A DNA stretch of 64,000 bases. Source: Methanomassiliicoccaceae archaeon (lineage in GTDB: Archaea > Thermoplasmatota > Thermoplasmata > Methanomassiliicoccales > Methanomassiliicoccaceae). Each line of letters begins with the position of its first letter. Position 1 is the stretch's first letter. Positions 8,366 to 15,389 of this stretch are shown in pieces. The position numbers were made by a program, and so were the translations under genes. Under the pieces are notes generated by a model. That model searched no databases. It was not told the DNA's origin and saw only the letters and a list, made by a program, of their open reading frames with translations. Location: assembly GCA_963663855.1 (NCBI GenBank), contig OY760646.1, positions 1,076,257 through 1,140,256 on the forward strand. Direction: 5' to 3'.

Positions 8366-9880
8366 ATGGCCGAGATACACCCCCTGTCGTTAGGGATCTT
8401 CATCATGATCACCTTAGCCACGCTGCTCATCTCCATATACGCGTCGCGCCGCGTCCGCACCGCCGGTCACTACTACGTGGCCGGCGGCGGGGTGCGGTGG
8501 TTCGTCAACGGCTTCGCCATCGCGGGCGACTACCTCAGCGCCGCGTCGTTCCTGGGCATCACCGGACTGGTGGCGTTCGCCGGGTACGACGGCTTCATCT
8601 ACGCCATCGGCTTCCTGGCCGGCTGGATAGTGGCGCTGTTCCTGGTCGCGGAGCCGTTACGAGCGATAGGCAAGTACACCTTCGCCGACGCGCTTACGAC
8701 GAAGTTCAAGAGCCGCAAGATCAGGCTGATGGCGGCGATCAGCACGCTCGTGGTCTCGGTCTTCTACCTCATACCGCAGATGGTCGGCTCCGGCTCCATA
8801 GTCGGACCGCTCATCGGCCTGGACTATGAGGTGGGGGTCGTCATCATCGGCGGGCTGGTCATCCTCATCGTCGCCACGGCCGGCATGGTCTCCACCACCT
8901 GGGTGCAGTTCATCAAGGGGTTCATGCTCCTTATCGCGGTGATCGCGCTCACGGTCGGCGTCCTGGTGGTCGCCGGCATGGGGCCGTTCGAGTTCATCGG
9001 CAACATCATCAGCAGCAACCTCACCCTGCCCTCCGGAAAGGTGGTCACCGGCGAGACGTTCATGTCCCCCGGTCTGAAGTACACCAACCCGCTGGACTTC
9101 GTGTCCTTAGCCATGGGCCTCATCCTGGGTACCGCAGCGCTGCCGCACATCCTCATACGGTACTTCACCGTGCCCAAGCCAGCGGACGCGAGGAGGTCGA
9201 CGGTGGTCGCCATCGTGGTCATGGGCATATTCTACCTCCTGATCCTGTTCCTGGGGCTGGGAGCGATATACTTCTTCAACCACGGGGTGCCCGGCGTGCT
9301 GAACCCGGGGGACGCGAACCTCTCCGCGCCGCTGCTGGCGCAGTACATCGGAGGTGACGTGTTCTACGCCGTCATCTCGTCCATAGCGTTCGCGACGATA
9401 CTAGGAACGGTCGCAGGCCTCATCATGGCCTCGGCCGGTGCGATAGCGCACGACATATATGCCGAGGTGCTCAAGCGGAAGGCGGATGAGAAGAAGGCGC
9501 TGCGCATATCCAAGCTCACCGCCGTGGGCGTGGGCTTCGTGGCCATCCTGCTGGGCATCCTGTCCAAGGGGCAGAACGTGGCGTTCCTCGTGGGCCTGGC
9601 GTTCAGCATCGCGGCCTCGGCCAACCTTCCAGCGCTGCTGTGCACGCTGTTCTGGAAGCGGACGTCAGAGATGGGGCTGGTGCTCGGCATCGCCACGGGA
9701 CTGATATCGTCCATCGTGCTCATCGTGATCTCGCCGACCATGATGGGCAGCGGGGCGATCTTCTCCCTGAACAACCCGGGCATCGTCTCCATCCCCCTGG
9801 GGTTCGCGGTGACCATCGGCGTTTCGCTGATGAGCAAGAGCGACACCAAGGAGGCGGCGAAGGAGAGCACGCCGACCTGA
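8366..9880 (+). CDS. actP: sodium:solute symporter family transporter (cation/acetate symporter ActP-like)
   Basis: 504 aa with about 13 TM; the N-terminus YYVAGGGVRWFVNGFAIAGDYLSAASFLGITGLVAFAGYDGF is typical of SSF/ActP. Translationally coupled to the upstream usp-DUF485 gene. Confidence 0.85.
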   Translation: MAEIHPLSLGIFIMITLATLLISIYASRRVRTAGHYYVAGGGVRWFVNGFAIAGDYLSAASFLGITGLVAFAGYDGFIYAIGFLAGWIVALFLVAEPLRAIGKYTFADALTTKFKSRKIRLMAAISTLVVSVFYLIPQMVGSGSIVGPLIGLDYEVGVVIIGGLVILIVATAGMVSTTWVQFIKGFMLLIAVIALTVGVLVVAGMGPFEFIGNIISSNLTLPSGKVVTGETFMSPGLKYTNPLDFVSLAMGLILGTAALPHILIRYFTVPKPADARRSTVVAIVVMGIFYLLILFLGLGAIYFFNHGVPGVLNPGDANLSAPLLAQYIGGDVFYAVISSIAFATILGTVAGLIMASAGAIAHDIYAEVLKRKADEKKALRISKLTAVGVGFVAILLGILSKGQNVAFLVGLAFSIAASANLPALLCTLFWKRTSEMGLVLGIATGLISSIVLIVISPTMMGSGAIFSLNNPGIVSIPLGFAVTIGVSLMSKSDTKEAAKESTPT

Positions 9881-9902
9881 AACCTTTTCCCTTCCCTTTT
9901 TA
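9881..9902 (+). terminator. C/T-rich tract after actP (archaeal-type oligo-T terminator candidate)
   Basis: aaccttttcccttcccttttta lies immediately after the TGA stop. Confidence 0.35.
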
Positions 9903-10099
9903 TCTCGCTCGCCTACATAACAAGCACGGACCCTTCTACCGCCTGCCGGACTGAACAATCGTTCACTCCCCTGAATCAATGGACGTGACTGTCCTCGCCC
10001 TCGAGCGGTCCGAGACCATCGAGAGCTGGGTCGAGTTACAAATACCTAAAAAGTGAATGCACCCCGCGGTCATCGTTCCAGATGACGTGGGATGGGAAT

Positions 10100-11629
10100 A
10101 TGAAGTTCGGCAGATCAGCGGTAATGCTATTGTGCGCCTCCTTGCTCCTAACGAGCATTGCGGCGCTGGGAACGACAGCAGCGGCCGGGGACAACGTGGG
10201 GTCCCCGTCGATGTTCCAGATCAACTCGCCCGGCGAGGGCGCGTACCTCAACAACAAGAACGTGACGGTCGCCTGGGGCGTCGACGTCCAGGCCGACCAG
10301 TACATGGTGAGCCTGGATGACGGAGAGCCTGTCAACGTGGCCATGTCCACGCAGTACACGCTCACCTACCTGACGGACGGGCAGCACAGCGTGAACGTGT
10401 CCTCCTATGCCTCATCGGCACTACGTTTGAGCGACAGGGTCACGTTCGTGGTGGACACCACCGCGCCGTCGGTCACCATCAGCAACCCCAGCCCCGGGGC
10501 GTGGTTGAACGCGACGACCTTGAACGTGACGTGGACCGCAAGCGATGTCACCACCGGGCTCAAGAACGTCTCGGTGTCCATGGACGGCGGTGCGTACAGC
10601 GATAATGCCGCAGGATACCAGGAGTTCACCGCCCTGGCCGAGGGGCAGCACACCGTGGCGGTGCGGGCCTACGACAACGCGGACAACGTGCGCGTTTCCA
10701 CCAAGGTCTTCCACGTCGACACCGGCATCCCTGGCGTCGCCATTACTTCACCCGGCGCGGGCGAGGAGGTCGGCGACTCGGTGCAGGTCTCGTGGAGCGG
10801 CACCGCGGCCTCGGGCATGGGAAACTACTGGATAATGGTGGACAACGGCCCGTGGATCGACGTGGACCTCAACACCTCGTACTCCTTGAACGACCTCGCG
10901 ATAGGGCAGCACACCGTGGCGCTAAAGGCATCATCCTACGCGGGTAACCAGAACACGACCAGCGTGACGTTCACCGTGACCGCCGCGCAGCTGGACAACG
11001 TGCCGCCGACCGTGAGCGGGACGCCGACCGGTAACGCCGTGGCGCTGAACTCCACGGTGGTGGCGACGTTCTCCGAGGTCATGGACCAGGGAACCGTCAC
11101 CTTCACCGTGAGCGGCGTGCAGGGAGCGGTGACGTGGAACGGCAACGTGGCGACGTTCACCCCCTCGGCCGCGCTGGCGTTCGGGACGACGTACACCGTG
11201 AACGTCACGGGCAAGGACCTCGCCGGCAATGCGGTCGCGCAGGAGTGGTCGTTCACCACCGTGCAGGAGGGCGGGAGCATCATCGGCACCGTGCGGGACG
11301 TCAACGGGAACTTCATCCCCGGCGCCACGGTCTCGCTCTCGAACGGGGCCAGCACCACCACCGATGCGGACGGCAAGTTCACGCTGTCCAATGTCGCCCC
11401 CGGCGAGTACACCCTGAACATCACCAAGGCCGGGTACCCGTCCATAACGCGGTCGGTGGAGACCGCCACCGGGCAGACCAACGACCTCGGTGCGATGTCG
11501 CTGGTGAGTGAAACGCCCTCCACCAACAATGGGGGCATCGACGGCAACATCATCCTCATCGCCGCCGGCGTGCTCGTCGCGGCGCTGGTCGTCTTCCTGC
11601 TGGTGGCGGCCAAGCGGCTGAGGAAATGA
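10100..11629 (+). CDS. cell-surface protein: signal peptide, four Ig-like repeats, SbsA-type Ig domain, carboxypeptidase-regulatory-like domain, C-terminal TM anchor with basic tail
   Basis: N-terminus MKFGRSAVMLLCASLLLTSIAALG (signal peptide). Roughly 88-aa repeats share SxxDxxSGxxxYxYxxDGG and QHTVAV..YD.A.N. The C-terminus has GTVRDVNGNFIPGATVSLS...DADGKFTLS..APGEYTL (CarbopepD_reg-like), then LIAAGVLVAALVVFLLVAA and KRLRK. Confidence 0.75.
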   Translation: MKFGRSAVMLLCASLLLTSIAALGTTAAAGDNVGSPSMFQINSPGEGAYLNNKNVTVAWGVDVQADQYMVSLDDGEPVNVAMSTQYTLTYLTDGQHSVNVSSYASSALRLSDRVTFVVDTTAPSVTISNPSPGAWLNATTLNVTWTASDVTTGLKNVSVSMDGGAYSDNAAGYQEFTALAEGQHTVAVRAYDNADNVRVSTKVFHVDTGIPGVAITSPGAGEEVGDSVQVSWSGTAASGMGNYWIMVDNGPWIDVDLNTSYSLNDLAIGQHTVALKASSYAGNQNTTSVTFTVTAAQLDNVPPTVSGTPTGNAVALNSTVVATFSEVMDQGTVTFTVSGVQGAVTWNGNVATFTPSAALAFGTTYTVNVTGKDLAGNAVAQEWSFTTVQEGGSIIGTVRDVNGNFIPGATVSLSNGASTTTDADGKFTLSNVAPGEYTLNITKAGYPSITRSVETATGQTNDLGAMSLVSETPSTNNGGIDGNIILIAAGVLVAALVVFLLVAAKRLRK

Positions 11630-11640
11630 GAACGAGGCTC

Positions 11641-11668
11641 AAGCCTCCCCTTACCCCTTTCTTTTCTA
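11641..11668 (+). terminator. C/T-rich tract after the surface-protein gene
   Basis: aagcctccccttaccccctttcttttct follows the TGA at 11627..11629. Confidence 0.35.
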
Positions 11669-11699
11669 ACAAGCTCAAAAAAAGTTATATGAAAAAATG

Positions 11700-11743
11700 C
11701 ACCGGCCAGACCGTCACATCGATGTGATGCGCTCTGACCGGTG
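11700..11743 (-). terminator. long imperfect hairpin with a perfect 14-nt core palindrome, followed on the minus strand by a U-rich tract; intrinsic-terminator-like element 3' of pspA
   Basis: Left arm caccggccagaccg pairs with right arm cgctctgaccggtg (12 of 14 positions). The core tcacatcgatgtga (11714..11727) is its own reverse complement. Downstream in the pspA transcript direction the sequence reads cauuuuuucauauaacuuuuuuu. Confidence 0.5.
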
Positions 11744-11751
11744 AACGGGCC

Positions 11752-12450
11752 TCACTTCTGTGCGGCGCCGGCCAGGCGGGCCTTCCTCTCCTCTAAGCGA
11801 GCCTCCGCCTGCGCGAACACCACGTCCTTCTGCACATGGTCGTTCATGTCGCCGAGAGCTCTCTCGAACCGCGCGTCAGCGACGTCCGACCGGCGCTGGA
11901 TGCGGTCGGCCACTGCGTCGATGGAGACGCTTTCACCGGTGGCGGCGATCTTCCCGGCCTGCTGGATGGCGTCCGCCGCCTTCTCCTTGGCCCGCGCCGC
12001 CATGTCCATCGCCTCCAGGCGCTGGATCTGCTGCACCATGCCCTGGTGCCGCGTGCGCAGCGTTGACGTCGCCTCGACCAGCGCCTGCGAGGTCTTCTGC
12101 GCCGCCCCGATCTCCTCGTCCTTGGAGGTGATGCGCTGCTCCAGGCCGATGAGGCGGGCCTCCAGCGGTGTCGCCAGAGAGTCGTTCTCCGGCTTGCTGT
12201 CGGAGAGTATGAAATCGATGTTCTGGTTCAGCTCCTTGATCTGGTAGCGGACGCTGTCGGCCTCGCGCTGCAACGTGCGAACGTGGCCGGCGGCCACCGC
12301 GGACGCGTCCTCCAGGTCCTCCAGAGCTGACTCCAGGTCTCTGACGTACTGCTTTACCGCTCCGATGGAGTTCAGGTCAATGACCTTGTCCATGAGGTTG
12401 TGGGCCGTGCTCAACGCCGCTATGCGTGCCTTCTGGAATAATGTCGCCAT
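11752..12450 (-). CDS. pspA: PspA/IM30 (phage-shock protein A / Vipp1 / ESCRT-III-like) family protein
   Basis: 232 aa, entirely coiled-coil; the N-terminus MATLFQKARIAALSTAHNLMDKV...AVKQYVRDLESALEDLEDA is laid out like PspA helix alpha0-alpha1. An ATG start with a GGGAAGG SD-like site and TTTAAA/AAATAAAATT boxes lies upstream. Confidence 0.75.
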   Translation of the reverse strand: MATLFQKARIAALSTAHNLMDKVIDLNSIGAVKQYVRDLESALEDLEDASAVAAGHVRTLQREADSVRYQIKELNQNIDFILSDSKPENDSLATPLEARLIGLEQRITSKDEEIGAAQKTSQALVEATSTLRTRHQGMVQQIQRLEAMDMAARAKEKAADAIQQAGKIAATGESVSIDAVADRIQRRSDVADARFERALGDMNDHVQKDVVFAQAEARLEERKARLAGAAQK

Positions 12451-12509
12451 TTTGATACCTTCCCGGTAATTTTATTTCAGGGTTTAAAGCTATTTTTCCA
12501 TTGTCGAGG

Positions 12510-14846
12510 TCACCATCCCGATGACCCGCCGCCCCGGCGGCCGCGTGAAGGGCTGTGGGAGGACCCCCAGCTGGCCGAGCCGCCACGAGTGGGCGAGCCG
12601 CCGGACGCCCCCCAGCCCGATGACGTCCGACCGGACGGTATGCCGGGGCCGGGATCGCGGCGCGTGCCCCAGGGCTGCGGGCCGGTGGGCGCGCGCCCGG
12701 GGCCGGGAAAGAGGATGGGCGGCCACATGAGGTCTGGAACGTTATCTTCCGTTCTCCTCGGCCGCTCCCAGCTACTGTCCACGTCCCTCTGCGCCTGCGT
12801 GTACGCCTTCCGCCCGTCCGCCTCTGCCATGGTGAGCAGCGAGAGCGTGGCCTCGAGGTCCTGCGCCCGCTCCGCCTCTCTGAGCGAAGATTCAGCGCTC
12901 TTCAGGGAGCGCTTCGCCTCGTCCTTCACCACCGGGACGTGGTCCTCGATGTACTCGCGAGCGATCGACACCTGCGCCGATGCGTCCCGCCTGGTGCTGG
13001 TGACCTTGACCCGCTGCCGCTCCGCCTCGTCATGCTCGTTCCTGGCCTGTACCAGCACGCGGTCCGCCATGGTATTGGCCTGCCGGGCCAGCTCGCACAC
13101 CTTGAAGTAGTCCGGGCGGGACAGTGTGAGCTCCCTCTTGGCCAGCTCGTTCCTCTTCTCTGCCTCCCGAAGGTCGTCTTCCAGGCTCTCCCGGACGTCC
13201 TCGTCGTGCATGCCGATGTACTCCCACGCCTTGGCGATGTCCCCGCTGGCGGCGCTGATCTCCGGTGAGGCGTCCCGCCTGGCAGCAAGAAGGTCCTTCT
13301 GCAGCTGGTGGATGGAACGCATGAACGATGCCGCCTCCGTTAACAGGCCGTTACCTTTTTCCACCATCTCCACCGCCCGGTACCAGTCGCTAGCGGCCGC
13401 GGCGTTCTGTGACTCTTGTAAAGCGTCCCCGGCCCAGTTGATGCGGTTCTCTGCCTCCGTGCCGTTGCCCTTGACGGACGTCCAGGTGGACTCGGCGTAC
13501 TCCTGCGATAGGTCGTCGAAGACCGACCTTCCTTCGACCACCGCGGACTTGGTCTGCTCGATCCTGGCCTCCAGCGCCGGCACCGCTCCCTCGTACTTCT
13601 CCTTCATGTGGGGGAGCTCATCCAGTGCTTTGAGCGCTCTCTCCACGCCATCACCCGCCTCGTTCGCGGCCACCAGCCCCGCGGCATAGTCCTTCGAGCT
13701 TCTTGATGACTGCGCGCGGTCGAGCGCTTCCCTCGCCACAGCCAGAAGTTCGGAGACGTGCCTGGTGCGATATCCCTGACCCTGCAGCCTCCTCTCCATC
13801 TCCTCCGCCGCCGCGATGGCGGAGGTGACTTGGGCCACCTTCGCTGAATGCTCCTCCATCGAACGCTGCGCCTCGGCGATCCTCTTCTCCACGTCCGCGA
13901 CGTGGTCCTGCGCCTCCCGCAGGTCGCCAGCGATCTTGATGTACTCCTTCTCGATGTGCTCCAGCGCCATCACGTCGAGCTCAGGGTTCTCCGGATCGCC
14001 GGCACTGTGCGCCAGCTCGCTGTACGCCTGGGAGCTGCGGTTCACCAGGGCGGTCGCCTTCTCCAGCCCCTCGCGCATGGGTGCCGCCTCCAGGGTCGTC
14101 ACCTTCTCCGCGGTCACGTTCACCTTGATCTCCAGCATCTGGACCTTCTCCAGCAGCTCGTTGATGCCGGAGGCCGCGGCCTGCTTGGCGAGCATGGCAC
14201 GCTGTCTCCACGCCGACCTGCGCGCACGCTGCCGTCGGAACCAGTAAATAGCCACGGCCGCGGCGAGCACCGCCACGATCGCGACGATGGCGAGGGGCAT
14301 GGTCCAGTCCATGCTAGTGGTCTGACCTTGTCCGCTGATGGCGCTGCCTATGGCGTTGAGGCCGGCGGCCACCCCTCCGGCGTAATCGTTCTGCTCAAAA
14401 AGAGGATGCATCTTCTCCGTCTGGATGCTGTTCCACTTGCTGTCCAGCCTGTCGTTCCACAGCTCGCCGTAGTAGATGCCGCTCTGCCTCTCCTCCAGCG
14501 ACACGATGATGACCACAAGGTTGTTCTTAATGTTCCCGTTCGTGCCCAGCCACGATGGGCTGTTCTGCTCCAGCTGCGCTTCGTACAGGTCGAGGTTGGC
14601 GTACCCGGAATAGTTGTCGATGGTCCGGACGCGCACGTCAGCGCCCTTCTGCTGCAGCGCCGTGACCGCGTCCTCGACCTTACCGATGTCGTCGCCGAAG
14701 ATGTTGGCCTCATCGATGACCGGCGTCTGATCGACAGTGGCCGCCGAGCATGCCGTCAGCGTCAGGACCACGAACAGGGCGAGCGCTGCGAGCACGCTCG
14801 ATCCTCTTCTTCTTCCCGGGTATGCCTCCTCGAACCCCTTGTGCAC
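12510..14846 (-). CDS. lipobox-containing TPM-domain protein with one TM helix and a roughly 480-aa cytoplasmic coiled-coil ending in a Gly/Ser/Arg-rich tail
   Basis: GTG start preceded by a GGGGAG SD-like site. The N-terminus RRRGSSVLAALALFVVLTLTACSA carries the lipobox L-T-A-C. Residues about 30-170 match the TPM-phosphatase domain (PVIDEANIF...NNLVVIIVSLEERQSGIYYGELWNDRLD...PLFEQNDYAGGVAAG). A TM helix follows (MPLAIVAIVAVLAAAVAIYWF), then long heptad-rich sequence, then a GSGGGRRGRSPSHS-type low-complexity end. Confidence 0.7.
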   Translation of the reverse strand: MHKGFEEAYPGRRRGSSVLAALALFVVLTLTACSAATVDQTPVIDEANIFGDDIGKVEDAVTALQQKGADVRVRTIDNYSGYANLDLYEAQLEQNSPSWLGTNGNIKNNLVVIIVSLEERQSGIYYGELWNDRLDSKWNSIQTEKMHPLFEQNDYAGGVAAGLNAIGSAISGQGQTTSMDWTMPLAIVAIVAVLAAAVAIYWFRRQRARRSAWRQRAMLAKQAAASGINELLEKVQMLEIKVNVTAEKVTTLEAAPMREGLEKATALVNRSSQAYSELAHSAGDPENPELDVMALEHIEKEYIKIAGDLREAQDHVADVEKRIAEAQRSMEEHSAKVAQVTSAIAAAEEMERRLQGQGYRTRHVSELLAVAREALDRAQSSRSSKDYAAGLVAANEAGDGVERALKALDELPHMKEKYEGAVPALEARIEQTKSAVVEGRSVFDDLSQEYAESTWTSVKGNGTEAENRINWAGDALQESQNAAAASDWYRAVEMVEKGNGLLTEAASFMRSIHQLQKDLLAARRDASPEISAASGDIAKAWEYIGMHDEDVRESLEDDLREAEKRNELAKRELTLSRPDYFKVCELARQANTMADRVLVQARNEHDEAERQRVKVTSTRRDASAQVSIAREYIEDHVPVVKDEAKRSLKSAESSLREAERAQDLEATLSLLTMAEADGRKAYTQAQRDVDSSWERPRRTEDNVPDLMWPPILFPGPGRAPTGPQPWGTRRDPGPGIPSGRTSSGWGASGGSPTRGGSASWGSSHSPSRGRRGGGSSGW

Positions 14847-15038
14847 CTGCTCTCCCCTTCTCTAAAGCTGATGCCGTAATTAGGATAAGGTTCTACCTCC
14901 CGGACGATATTGCCCTGGAGGTGCTGTCCTTATGAACGACCGCCGTTCCATACGCTCATCGGCGGTTAGATCTGCCTAGACTGGTGTACAGTGGAACGGT
15001 CACAGCGGTTCGTTGTGAACGGGAAAAGGTTTGGTTGT

Positions 15039-15383
15039 TCACCTGACGTCGGTCTGCTGCGCCTGGTCCCTCTTCCTGCGCCCCAGCTCCTTCTTGACGT
15101 CCTCGATCTCCCGCTCCAGCTCCACCTTCTCGTCCTCCAGGTCCTCCAGGTCTTCCTCCAGCCTCTTGACCTCGTCCTCCGGGCGCCGGCCCATGGGCGG
15201 GGTGAAGGGGTTCCAGGGATAGTATCCGGGGTAGAGCACGTCCGGGGGCGGGCGGAACCGGGGGTCCATCCAGGGCGGCCACCACGGACCACGGGAGCCA
15301 TACCTTCGTCGCCGTCTCCTCTCTTCTGGTCCTTGCATATTGATACCAGCCCTCATTTGGTCAGTGTAAATAATTAAATGCAT
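15039..15383 (-). CDS. small Pro/Arg-rich protein with C-terminal coiled-coil, DUF5320-like
   Basis: RRRRRRYGSRGPWWPPWMDPRFRPPPDVLYPGYYPWNPF then EDEVKRLEEDLEDLEDEKVELEREIEDVKKEL matches the layout I recall for DUF5320 (Gly/Pro-rich N-terminus plus a short leucine-zipper-like helix). The start is ambiguous: ATGs at 15383, 15356 and 15338; the one at 15338 has a GAGGG SD-like site. Confidence 0.45.
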   Translation of the reverse strand: MHLIIYTDQMRAGINMQGPEERRRRRRYGSRGPWWPPWMDPRFRPPPDVLYPGYYPWNPFTPPMGRRPEDEVKRLEEDLEDLEDEKVELEREIEDVKKELGRRKRDQAQQTDVR

Positions 15384-15389
15384 CGGACC

